This document shows, piece after piece, positions 25,201-39,300 of a DNA stretch of 64,000 nucleotides. The translations under genes were made by a program, and so were the position numbers. Positions within the stretch are counted from its first letter, which is position 1; every line of letters starts with the position of its first letter. The notes under the pieces were generated by a model. The model was not told the DNA's origin, made no database searches, and saw nothing but the letters and a program-made list of their open reading frames with translations. Source of the DNA: Nymphaea colorata (Eukaryota); NCBI RefSeq assembly GCF_008831285.2, contig NC_045138.2, positions 38,068,001-38,132,000 of the forward strand, read 5' to 3'.

Positions 25201-28200
25201 AAAATAAATCAGAAAAAAATTAAATAAGAAAAAAATCGAAAAAATCATTAAAAAATCAGTAAAAATCAAGAATAATATGTTCTTCATAAAAAACATGTTT
25301 GACAGAATGACAGACTTATTATTGCTATAAAGTTACGGTTTATCATTCGTAAACATCAAAATTCATAACAATATCAATCTAGAAAGCACAAGTCAACAAT
25401 TACATAACGTATATCATAATTTCATAACCATAGATTCATAAGTCATAAGGTCCATAAAGTCTATGAGATACCACATCAAAAAGCAAGTTTGAAATGTTAT
25501 ATATTACATCACAAGATGATAATGGAATTGTGAAAATGTTCAATGTCAACACATATAAAATGAAAGCACTCTCGACCCTCATTCATAATCTTCATCATAC
25601 TCATTCCCATCCTCATCTCCATCTTCATCTTCATGATTTAAAAAACCTCTTTCCTCCCAACAGGAATAAGCCACCCACGCACAAATCCATAGTTTAATCG
25701 ATGATTTCATGGTGAAAATCGATGATTTCATGGTGGAAATCGATGATTTTCCTCCAAGGCGGCACAATCTCTAGGTTAGAAATGAAGAAGAGGCGGGTTT
25801 TTATGAAGAAAAATCGAAAAAGGGGGGTTTGGGCCCCCCTTTTTTGAAATCAGCCCGTATCGCACGATACGGGGGCCTGTATCATATGTATCGTACGATA
25901 CAAGTATGATACACCACAATTTACGATACGGGAAGTGTATCATATCATGTTTCCTAAACGATACGATACGTATCATACGATACGTACAACACTCCTTAAA
26001 AGTATAAAAACAAAGAAAAAGTTACAAGATAATAGGTTTTCTAATTACTTTCTTGCAAAAATCATTAGAGAAAATCAAACGAAATTCATGTTTAAAAACG
26101 AAGCTTCCTGAATGCCTGATAAAAATATCAGAAATATAACAGGATAATATCACAGTAATTTTCTTTCAATGATCTTCTAAAAAATATTGGGATATTTCTA
26201 GCTGGCTGCAGATGACCACAGCAATGGGGTATTTTCAAAACATTCTTGAAGCACATAGAAATTGTTACTTAAGCTACTCTATAAGAAATTTCCCAAACAA
26301 AAGGCCGGACAATAAAAGAAGAACCAGTATGGCACTAGTACCTGCAACCCAAGAGAGCAAGAAGCACATAGAAATTGCTACTTAAGCTACTCTATAAGAA
26401 ATTTCCCAAACAAAAGGCCAGACAATAAAAGAAGAACCAGTATGGCACTAGTACCTTCAAATTTACGATACGGGAAGTGTATCATATCATGTTTCCTAAA
26501 CGATACGATACGTATCATACGATACGTACAACACTCCTTAAAAGTATAAAAACAAAGAAAAAGTTACAAGATAATAGGTTTTCTAATTACTTTCTTGCAA
26601 AAATCATTAGAGAAAATCAAACGAAATTCATGTTTAAAAACGAAGCTTCCTGAATGCCTGATAAAAATATCAGAAATATAACAGGATAATATCACAGTAA
26701 TTTTCTTTCAATGATCTTCTAAAAAATATTGGGATATTTCTAGCTGGCTGCAGATGACCACAGCAATGGGGTATTTTCAAAACATTCTTGAAGCACATAG
26801 AAATTGTTACTTAAGCTACTCTATAAGAAATTTCCCAAACAAAAGGCCGGACAATAAAAGAAGAACCAGTATGGCACTAGTACCTGCAACCCAAGAGAGC
26901 AAGAAGCACATAGAAATTGCTACTTAAGCTACTCTATAAGAAATTTCCCAAACAAAAGGCCAGACAATAAAAGAAGAACCAGTATGGCACTAGTACCTGC
27001 AACCCAAGAGAGCAATAAATACACAGTACACAAAAGACGGTTCCAAGGTATGGCATCAGGCTCGGAATAAGAGTAAAAAATGTAGCCACAAATGCCCTGT
27101 AGCGGTGCACATGCATCAATAGTCTAGTTAAGCGCAGCATCCTTGCAATAAGAAGGTAACGGATCCTGAAAGAAGAAAAAAAAAGATATATCAAGAATTG
27201 CAGAACATATTTTGAAAGGAGGAAAACAGATATTTCAGGACTTGCAGTCTCGTAGCTAGCAGTTAATGTAATTAGAACAATAAAAGTTTTACAGATTTTT
27301 CTTTCAGTGCTAGAGATAATGGACCATTTATTTCATGAAAACATCTGTAACACGAGTACGGCTCTAAAAGAGCAGTACCTGTATCGTACTGGTACGTACT
27401 TGGATACATCCTAGGTATGTGTCTGACCATATCGGATACGGTCAACGTACCCGTGTACGTATCCGGTATTTTTCAGACTTGGTCAAAGTTGACCAAGTCC
27501 AACTTTGGATTAGGTTTTGGTTTTTCCTTTTCTTACTTTTAAAGAAAATGCAAAGCCCTTGACTTTTGTCAAGGGCCGTGCGTATTACCCATTGTAGCAG
27601 CAGATGTTTGGTTCTTTGGTGACGTTGGTGCTCGGTCGACTGGTTTCTGGCAGTTTTCAGTGAGAGGTAATGCCTCTGGCGAAGGACGACACAGCTGCAG
27701 TTGTTCACCGACTTCACCGACTGATTTGGGCATTTTTTTGTTGAAGCTTCATATTTAAGTTTTTTTTTTCTTTTTTGGCGGACTCCCATCATCCAACAGT
27801 CTATCTGTTCACTTCCGGCAGCAGGTTTAGAATCGTCCTCCCTTCTTCTATGACCTACATAAACTACTCTCCTTTTTCTTCTTCGAAAATCATAGTGTTT
27901 GCCCTTTCCCTTTTGTATTTATATGCAACCATATTTTTTTCAGTTAACAGTGCACCGTGCCTTTTTTATTGTTCGATTTGAACCGGTTTCTTCCTCTTTT
28001 TTGTTGTTTCATGTGTGCTCCTATATTATTTTCTGTAACTGACCTGTAACCCATTCCATTTCAGCATTTAGCACTTAGATTCCAGTTCCACATTGCTGAG
28101 CTGTGGTTCATATTTGACTGTCTAAGGGACTGGTCAGTTGTTTGGTAGATGATTTTCCTCATTCCATTGCAACTTTGCAATATGTGCAGCAGATGACTTT

Positions 28201-28367
28201 GGCATTGATATGTATTAGTATTATATCTATATGCTTAAAGTTTTTCATAGGTTTCTTAAACAAACTGCTGCAAGAGCCGTAGGTATATATTTTCTTTGTT
28301 GTTTACTTGTCATAGATATTTTTATGTTATTTACTTGTTTATCATTTCTTCCTACGTTTTTTTTGTG

Positions 28368-28446
<79 letters not shown>

Positions 28447-30749
28447 GGCCGTACCCCCTCACCCGAGTTTTTTGAAAATAGTTTGTACCCGTACTCGCAC
28501 CGGTACCCATACCAGCACCCGTACCTATGTGACATAGCTGTAGCCACACTAGTGGCTTCAGTTTGTTAGTGTACACTACAGCAATTCAAGGCGGTCGCCT
28601 ACAGTGTCTAAAACTAAAAGATAGCATTGCTTGGAAATTTTTTGCAAGCTTTTTGATGAAGATTGGCATATTTTACACAATAAATTGAGTAGGGGATTTT
28701 GCATGTGTGTGTCCCTAAACAAGGAAAAAGTATAATGATAAAAAATGCATGCCTTTTACAAAATTTGCCTTCCCCTAAGCCAAAGCATTGGCCACTATGG
28801 TGACCGCACTTCAAGTGGAAAAGGGTCTTAGACAAGGTAAAGAAACAGTAGTGATGATTCAAAAACTTTGTTGAACACATTCTTCAGGTTAATTTGCTAA
28901 AGCTAGAGTAAAAATTGAATCCAGAGATGATGGATCATGGATGTTAATATCCTATATGTTAACTTATTTTTCAGAAGACAATGTCATGAACACATGCAGC
29001 ATATAGTGAATGTGTGAAGGCTGGCCTACCATGGAGACCTAGTGTTTGATGCAACTAAAACATCCTTATTTTACATGGAATGGAAGGAAATACAGAAGGA
29101 GAAAACAAAGTAATATGTGCATTCTTAGATATAGAAGTTGAATATAATCGTATAAAACTTTCTTCAGAACTTTGGATAGATCCAAACTCCATTAATCAAT
29201 GAAACATACCATTCACCATTTGAAAGAAAATCAAGCCCATGAGGTGCTGTAAATGAAATTGTTTCGCCAATAACTGCAAAAAAGAATAACCAAATGTAAA
29301 AAAGATAAGCAAATGACATGTAAAAATTGCATGAAAAGAATCGCCAATAGCTCTCTCTCTCTCTCTCTCTCTCTCCCCTGCCTCTTATATCATCTTTTTT
29401 CCTCATTCATTCAACTAATGCAGCCACTAGCACATAATCTGAGAAAAAGGAACAGTGCTCATATTTAAGAAGTATGTTGGAAATTAAGAATTCCAATTTG
29501 AAGTTCCAAATTGCCATTTTATTTTTTGTTTTGCAACATAGCTATATAACAAGTAACCTTGGCAGAGTGGGGTGATCAGTAAAGCAATCATATCAATAAG
29601 GCAAGATGGATACTGGAAATGTATAATTTTTCTCATGTTCGGGCACACTTTTACACCTGCGAGAAAGATGTAGCACGTTTATATTTACCTATTACCCATG
29701 TGATCACAAAATCAAAACGATTTGGGCCTTCCCTCCAATAATTATCAAAGCCATATGAAAACACCTTCAGAGCCATCTCCAGAACATATATCCAACCTGC
29801 ATAACATTATATAACTATCCAGGTTATGCCAACCATTTCTAAGTTTATCAAGAAGTGAAACCTCCACAAAGTAACCTTCATATTTATTTCTAAAAACATC
29901 AGGTGAGATATGCAAGAATGCTCAGATTTATTGGAAATATTTCTTTGTTGATCTTCCAAGAGTTATTGGAAACTCCACACAAGTCAAAGCCCGCTGAATA
30001 ACCCAGTCACCAAATTGATATAGAATTACCATGAAATGCAACAATCATAAGATGCATGTGCAGTTGTGCACAAACTTACAAACCTTCAACAAGCACGTTT
30101 CCTAAACCCACCCACCCCCCCCCCCCTCTTCCCCTTCCCTTTTCTTCCCCACTTCTCTCCATAAAACTCCACATGCGCACACACAATAACACACTGCAGC
30201 AGCATGTCAGATGCATTTGGAAACTTGTCAAAACCAGGTTGTTGGTCTCAATCAGCTCTCTGGTACCCCAAAAAAACCACCAGAATAGCTGACAAGTGGC
30301 AATACACAGCCAGATCATCTGAAATTTTTAGCATGACTGCTGAGTCTTGTAAACAGATTTTTACTGTCTGAAATATATAAAACTGTGCACGAGTTTGTGT
30401 ACAGAGAAACACATACACATTTACATATGTAATTGTGCATGTATGCAGTACGCACATAGATAAATTGTAACAAATAATTAGAATAAATATGTCACTAAGA
30501 GCTTTATCCCATATGCATGTATACATTTAGTATGTGTTTCGTATAGTGTACTAGTTATCTATGCACTATAGACATCCTATGTACATATGTAAATTATATC
30601 TAATATAAAATATGCAGTTGTCATGACCCAAGCAAGCCACCAAGTTGATCCGGCAAGTCAAAAGGACAAACCATCTGCAAATCAAGTCACAAGTCTTTGA
30701 GCTTAGAACTTTTATATGTCATGTGTGTGTGTGCGCATGCGCGCGCGCG

Positions 30750-30807
<58 letters not shown>

Positions 30808-33313
30808 AGGGAGTAACCCAAGGTACGAGAGTCATAACAATAAAATAGCAAAAGCCAGAGTACAACAGGAAACTGAAAAAAGGAATATATACCAGAAAAC
30901 AAGAAATGGATGAAGCTAGACATTTACATATACTTACCAAAGAAAAATTCAACCTTTTGCCAAAATTTTTGAGAAGAATTGTTTTCAATATCCAACTACA
31001 GAAACAATAATGAAATATGATATTAATACAACCAAGGTCGTGAATATGGTAAAGGCAACTCCAGACCATTAAGCTCAAAATGTTCTGAGTAGAACAAAAC
31101 TAAAAGCAAACTAAAAGCAAAATCAGGCTACAGAAAATCAACAGAAGAATCCATGAAGAATGGGAACTTAATGATACAGAATCATCGAAAATTTTAGCCC
31201 TATGAGAAGTTAAGATATCCTTTTTGCAGCTTCTTCCATGGACCAGACATCCCATCAAATGGAAGTTCTCTAGGCCTTTCAAAAGTTCTTTCGACCCTCT
31301 ACATTTTGGTACCATGCTATAGGGACTCCATTTCAGAGGAACAGATATATGGACAGAGCAAGAAGTATGAAACAAGAATAGAAGAGCAACAAGAGGCACA
31401 AATGGAAATTGGAAGGATCTCACGAACGCAATATTCATTTCTATTTTCTAGCCTGCAAAAAGTTTGCATTACATGGGATATGAAATCATATGGATGCATC
31501 TAAAATTCCTTACAGACACCTACAAGCATATTCCAGGGGCTACAAAGTAAAATAACATGAAAAAAAATCCCTTATATAATTTTCCATGCATTGATTATAG
31601 CTTGTAGTTTGTAAGCATCCTGAGCTCATATCTACATGCTTCATAGTTCATCTACAAGGGAACAATTTCAAGTTTCCTAAAGAGTTAAGTTGTCCTCTCC
31701 ATCCAAGCCAGATCCGCTAACCCACAAAATTGGCTAATTGACGTGCACATGTGTTGGATAACATTCTGCCCAATCTTCTGGCGATTCTCCAGTCAATCAG
31801 AGCCAATACACAAAACAGTGGATGTTCTAAACAAAAGGTTGTAATTAAAAATCTATTTAACAATCCAACAGAAACCAATTTCAAACTGATCATAGCACTG
31901 TGGTTTTAATTTTCCAAGGCTGCACAAGAGGGTTCTAAAGATCTCATCATACTTCAAATTGGATGGTGATGGTATAGAAAGGTGTATTTACGGCACTATT
32001 TCAGTGAGAAGTGGAAAAAAAAATTAAGTATTACACTTCAAACTGGTGCCACCAAATGATTGTCACTTACCGTTGTTTCAATGATAACAGTGACCAAATT
32101 AAGTGCTAATATGGAAAAGATTATGTATCCAAATATTGAGCTCCTCACAAATCCTTTCAAGTATTTGCACAAAGCAGAGTGATAAAATGAAGGATATTTC
32201 TCGAACCAGGAAGGCTGCAGAACAGATGAAATATCTAAGCGTCCAGATAAACAAAAGCTATATGATACAAATTGACCAATGTAACGCACCGAAGCCTCCT
32301 TCTGAAACTGTAGGGATATTGCAAGGCAGAGATCGTAAAATTCATCCAAATTAATCTGCATAAAAGCAAAAGATGATTGAAAATCACCATAACAGAAACG
32401 CAATTTGATTCTTAACTGACCCAAGCAACAAAGTAATTTTTTAGCTTAAGTCACCTAATAATTTTTCCTGGATTTTTCTTTTTCAAAATTAAAAAGAAAA
32501 GGAACAACATCGAGAAGGGAAAATACTAAGATACGTTAACTGGCCAATTTTTGGCAAAAAAGTAGCTAATTAGACACTATGAAGAGGCCAGACGTAGGCA
32601 AAAAGATCATGATTAACATACGCGTCAAGGTCATAAGCTATTTGCAGGGTTGCAAACAAGCAGATGCCTCTTTAGCTTCATCAAGTTTGAGGGTGGCATG
32701 TACATTTATTTATGAATTGGGTAGCATACACATCAGGTACGGCATCAGCATTTGGATGCAGAAGCTAATCATATTTATGTTCCTCGAGCTACTTTCTTTA
32801 TTTGTCAATGCACTAAGTTTGCCTTAAAAAATGTATCAACTGTCTTCAAGCATTAGCTAAGGAATTGTTAGAACCATTTTGAAGACATGACAACAAAGTG
32901 AATGACCAAATGGATGCACTTAGATATGACTACATTGTATCCTAAAGGGTATGCCCCTTTTCATTTACGTCCACCATGGATTGATTAAACCCTTAGATAT
33001 GACTACTTCGTAAGGGTATACCCCTCATTTTCATCTCCACTTTTTTAAGGTTCTAGTTTACTACTTGTCCTCTGGTGATTTTAAGCTGGTATTTCACAAG
33101 ACTTGCTCTCTTGTGATTCTTTTAGGTTTTTCATGGATCTATGTTTAGCTTGTACAGGATGCTATTCTCTTGAGATATCATTTCATTACAGCCTTCCCCT
33201 GATGACAGCAGGCGCCCCCATTTCCAGTGAATAAAATATGCATGAGTAGCCAAACAATCCAGAGTTTGGCTCTTAAATGGAGAAAAGCGGTAGGTCATGC
33301 CCATCTCTCTCTC

Positions 33314-33347
<34 letters not shown>

Positions 33348-36300
33348 CATGTGAACATAGGGACAGGAATGGTAGACACAGAAATTGGAAGGCGCTATAT
33401 ATATATATATATCAGAATGATTCATACCCTGCATACTCTTTTATGCTCAGAAATAAAAGAGCGTGTGCATAGTTGAACATGCCATGCTCCGGGACAAAGG
33501 AGCACACACAAAGGAGTACACACACTACCATGTGCTATGAGACATTACCCAAGACAGAAGTGTCAAACATGGCATTTAGTAAAATCTGAGACATTTAGCC
33601 ATTACAAACAGTCATAAAATTTACAGACTATTCTAAAGAACAACAAAAGAAATTAGTACCTTGAAATCACCACTGTCGTCCAACTCATAAAAAATATATT
33701 CAAAATCCTCCCTTGAGATCCGTGGCAAGGTCCTAAGGAAAACATTTTAATCTTAACAAAAAAAATGTAGAATAATAAAAACATCCTAGGTAGAGAAAAA
33801 TACACACCCGCCCACACACACAAACAAAAAAAAAATGTTTAAGATTGAAAATCTCAATATGCCACCAAAACATTTTAAAATCAACAAAAAATTGGCAGCA
33901 ATTTCCATCTACTTGGACAACAAGTTCTCATCAAAGATCTTTCTTTTTTTTTTTTTTTTCAAAATAGCACTATCACCTTAGCATCATGACATCCTGAAGT
34001 GAAAAGTTCTGTTAGTTTACATGAAAAAATCAATCCTACATTGACTGAAAAGGTTCCAGAACTGAAAGTAAATTCAGCAACAATTAAGAAGGTTCCATAT
34101 AAGAACTAATTTTTCATACAAATATAACGAAAATAACCACTTGATGATGATAAATACATTCAAGATAAAAATTAAAAAGAGAGAGTGCATTGGCTTATAA
34201 TCCTATCAAAAAACATGCAAGTAGTGATAGACTACATTAGCATATAATCCTACTGTCAGAAGAACACCATTTTGCTACTTCATGTCAAGTATATAAACAA
34301 AACAAAGAGATTTCTTACGTAAACATTGTGACAGAAAAAACTAGAACACATACTCGCTGATCACATTTATCCATGCAAATGCCACATAGTGACATATACG
34401 CATGAAGTGGATTCACATGAATTGCGATAGCATAAAATCTGAAGGCACGCTTTAGATATTTCCACAAAACAACTCTTACAAGCAGAAAGTCCTTGTGCTA
34501 AAGGCCCCAATCGTTCAGGATGACTTATATGTCTGAATAACTCAAACAATAAGCTAATAATGTACACCAAAGTAAACTATGCTAGAGTATTCAAAAGTAG
34601 ACTACCAGTTGCACATCATATTCCATAAGGACTTCGCTTCAATAAGCAAATCGGCGATGATATATTCTTATCCCATCCAAGCATCACTTGCTAAAGCAAC
34701 ATTCAGTTTCTCTGACTCATAAGTTTTTTCAAAAACAGTTTATTTTAAACCTTTTTGGATTTATTTTAACATTTTAATGATAATTTATGAGTTTTAATGG
34801 CTTTGCAAGAAAATCCGTTTAAAAACTATAATGCTTTCTTTCTTATTTCTTACAAATTTTTAATTTTTTGAATTACAAAGATTTTTCCCAAGAACAACAA
34901 ACTTTCCAATTAATACAAGTAAAAAACCTTGACTACAAAATCCTAACAATGGTATATGTCAAATGGATTACACCCTCCAGAATTGTAGCCATCACCAGCT
35001 ATTCATTGTTTAAATTTCTGATGAACCGCAATGCGGCTCATTGGCAGTTCAACATTCACAATTTAGTCTCAAAGTCATGTGATCATGCACTCACAAATTA
35101 CGATTCATGAATAATTGGCAAGTTCTAGTGTGATCCTCCGTTTGAAAGAGAGTGAACTAATGATGGTACTGAGTGGATAAGGGATAGGTGGAATGAAAGA
35201 ATAAAAAGAATGAACTTGCAGTCACAGAGCGAGAGAGAGAGAGAGAGAGAGAGTTACAGATAAAAAGTAAAATATGATAGAAAAATAATAATTATCCAAA
35301 ATATAAAAATATATACATATAAATAGTGGCATTTGATTTAAAGTCATATTGATTAACAAGTGTAAACTGATCATTCTTAAGATGAATAAATATTTATGCA
35401 TTATGAATCATTAATTTCTGCATCCATTTTCTCATAGTGACTTGAATTTATATATTTTGTTAACTACTATGTGTCTCCCGGTAGCACAAGCTTCTTTCTA
35501 CCCTTTTTATTAGTTTCAATATTTGTTTCATCATATCACCTTGAAATTCTATTTCATTTCTTTGAATTGATATGTCTCCAAGAGGCACATCATATCGATC
35601 AGGTATTTTTTATTTTTCTTAGTTAAGGACTAAGGAGTTGTTATTTCATTTTTAAGAGCATGTCCAACTTTTCTAAGTTTGTAATCAATTCATAGCAATT
35701 TTTAACAACAATTCGAAATTGCTGATTAATTACAATTTCTAATTTTTCAAATACTCTGAGAAGGAGAGTACATTTGCCAAGACTGGCTTTTCCACCGATT
35801 AGTCACAATTCAATGAGAATAAAAGCTTATTAGTAACTGACTAACTGTACTAGATGAATTCACTTACTACGACCACCACATTATTCAGGAAAAAGTATCA
35901 TATGTTGTACCACTACCTGCAACCAATACGGCATCACACAAAACCTTAGTTTCATTGTTTTCTAAAGTTTGGCAAAGAAAATGTGTTCGTTTGGAAACAC
36001 AAACACATGCCTGACCTATCTTTGCAGTCTGCAGATCATTGTAATGTTTCAGTGTTGACTTCATCAATAACATTTAGTTAACAATATTCCAAAAGGTATA
36101 ACTTCAAGTCCACATTCATCTATGTACCCCGTTAAGCCATGTGAAGAGCAGGTTGAACCTCCACTGGTGAAGGTGTCATCTAACAAAGATTAGAAAAAGA
36201 AAAGGGAAAAAAAATGTTTCCACTTTCATCATACACGTTTTTATGTATGAAAAGAATGATAACTTCTCCTGAGCAAAAATAATTAAAACTTGTAGCGAGA

Positions 36301-39300
36301 GGAAAAGATCCAAAAAGCCCAATGGCAGTGCAATAAACACAAATTCTCATAACCTCATGCAATACTCACCAGTAAAAATCTGTAAGGATTAATTCAAAAC
36401 TATAAAAAAGATCAATGATCAGAAATGTTCCAACATGCTGTCTTGTCAAGACAATGCAGACAACATTTCTCTGGTAAGGCAATAAGTAACTTGAAGATGA
36501 TAGCAAGAGCACAACACCTGTACTTCGTTAACTCCTCTAATAGATGAATGCACTGATCTTTATCAATGAAACCACGCTTCTGCTCTCCATACAAAAAGCC
36601 CAACATATTGCATATAGTTGAAAAAAAAGCTGGTCAAAGAGGAGCTTAGTAATAAATGATGAACGCAGCAAGAATTCTTCAATGATTGAAAAGTCTCTTT
36701 TTAAATTGTCATTCTCAAATAATTAATATTAGAATAGTTAGCTTACAAAATAAAAGTCAACAAATCATGTAAATCCGTCCTCAGACAAGTTTTGATGTAT
36801 TGAATCACTTGCCACAACAAAAAATTATCAAAAATCTTCAATGATGCTATTCAACTTACTTGATCATCAATTAGCTTAAAGGCTAAACTTAAATTGTGTT
36901 TCTGCATGGTATCCGTCTGAGCTACTTGTTTGGCAAGCTGCACAAGGTCAACCGTCAATAGGTAACAGTCAAGCTTTTTTATTTTAACGAGTCACAAACT
37001 AATTACGTCTTTTTTTTTGCACAAGTTGTGCCACTGTTAATCATACTAGTCAAGGAAAGCAATTTTCAGGATGTATAAAGTCATAGACTACATCTCTCTG
37101 ATATGATACAATCATACAAATTAGAACCATAAGAAGCACCTGATCTTTGAAGCTGTCGTAGACTACGGCAAGAATAAGGTTTGTCACAAAATATACTCCC
37201 AGCAACACATAAAGGACAAAGAAAAGAGAATACCAACGTGATGTCCTGTGCAAAAGAAAGAAATGCTAAGGGATCTCTCAGAAGGCAAAAGCTTGTAACT
37301 TGTAAGATGAATTAAGTTAAAACTATTTATTATATTGTCATTTTTAGATGTGTCCTTAAATAGGGTTCCTGAGTAAAACAGCAACAGCCTCCTAATCTGC
37401 TTGGTTCAGAAGATGGTTCAACTATTTGAATCACACACTGAACCAAGAGACACCCAAAAAAGTTGATGGAATAGCCACCAGTATGAGTCTTCCGGGCAAT
37501 CACACACAAAATATCAGCTGGTTTACTTTACTTTGACCGGGTTTTGTTGCTGTTCAGTCCAGCCAGTTTAATTATCCAAATCAGTTTCATTCAGAACATC
37601 AACCAGTAATTTTGCTAAAATTAGAAGTGCATATAAAGGGGAATTGATAGAAAAAGTCCACATCAATCAAGACACCAAGCGACACAAATTGTCTTACTTG
37701 TATGCAGGAATCCACACATCGGGATTGTTGGATGTTGTAAACAGAACAAACATTTGATATAAAGTGGCACCATAAGATTTGAATATCTTCCCTTGACTAG
37801 TATCTTCAAATATGACATATGCTAACCAGCTACAAATTAGCAGAAACAAAATCCAGAGTGCCTGCATTAATAAAAAGAAAGTATTGAACAGAAATAGAAG
37901 AAAGATTAAAAAAAAAAGTATGACAAATTATATCTTAACTTATATCTTAACGGAAACACTAAGATGATGAATTTGGACAAGTTTCAGCCATGACTGACTA
38001 GTATAATTTCCAGTCAGATCCTACAGAATCCAAGGGGATTGAGAGAGTGGGGTAGGCCATAGCTGTCAAATGGTAGTCAAGTTTTGAATACTTGGAGTGC
38101 TATTCCCTTGCAGAAGCCAAGTCCCAGGCTCCAAGAATAGTCCCCGGGATGGGTTTCTATTCATGGTTTTATGCTGCCAGAATGGCAACTAAGTATCAAT
38201 GACCATGTGTGGTTTTGTCCCGCCCCTTACACATACCAACCACCCCCCCCCCCCCAACCCAAAAAAAAAAAAAAGAAAAGAGGGTTAGAAATCTACACGA
38301 ATCAAAACGTAAATCATTACCACAATATCAAGGAAGACACTGATCATTCCGGCCAACGTAAGCATACATGCTCGTAGTTCCCTAGTTAACAAAGCAAAAC
38401 TGAAGGATCAGCCCAAGGACTCATACTGATACAGAAAGCAAAAGACTGATTTGTTGCAAGAACATGAAACTGAACATGAATATAAAGTGCATGATGACTA
38501 TAATATGATTATTCCTTTTTTTCTTATAAACACATTTAGCTCCTTTTGGGACACTGAAGACCAGATATCATTGATACACAAAAAGGTCACCAATCCAAAT
38601 ATATGTCTTAAGAAGCTCAAACATCAAAAGAAACCTTAGACAAGAATATTTCAATGCCTGAGGAACACGTCATGATGATATCACAGGTTTCCAAAAATCT
38701 CAAGGGACAAATTCTGAAACCGACTGCTCCTCTTTTGAATGCTTTGGGGTTAAAGTTGGATCTGAGTCTCTGACAAGGTACTGGATTTGACAAAGTTCAC
38801 TCTGAAAATAAATTAAGAATTTTCTTTCCAGAATGACCTTCATGGATGCTGTTTCAGAAAATTATTTCTTTTTTTATTAAAAAAAATGCATTTCTCTCAG
38901 AGATGACTGAGACATAGCCAACGTTTGCAAGTTAGACCAGCATTACGTAAATGAACTGCTAAAAGCCTAAAATGCATGTCACTCACACTCACATGCATTA
39001 CTGATAGACACAGGTAAAGAGCATCAGGTTAGAAGAAGAGCATACCTAACATTCAGTATAACAATGATAACACGAGCGTATGGAGCAATTCTTAATGGCA
39101 ATGACATAACAGGTCCAGGGGTCACATAGAGTACATCAACCACTAAATCAGCAATCAAAATGAAAAGAAAAACGACCTGTACATGTCAAGCAAGAATCAG
39201 GAAGAACTTCCTATTAAAACCAATATGATAATAAAGTTCAGACGATTTCAGAGTAATAATTATTCTGAAAATAGACAAATAAACGTGCACTATAACAAAT

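Noticed and set aside
26248..27014. Regularly repeated units resembling a CRISPR-like array
   Set aside because: Units repeat in full with no unique spacers, in a plant intron with no cas genes. It is a simple nested tandem duplication.
30645..31078. ORFs with RERERE/SLSLSL tracts
   Set aside because: Artefacts of GA microsatellites. The same applies near 33300 and 61980.
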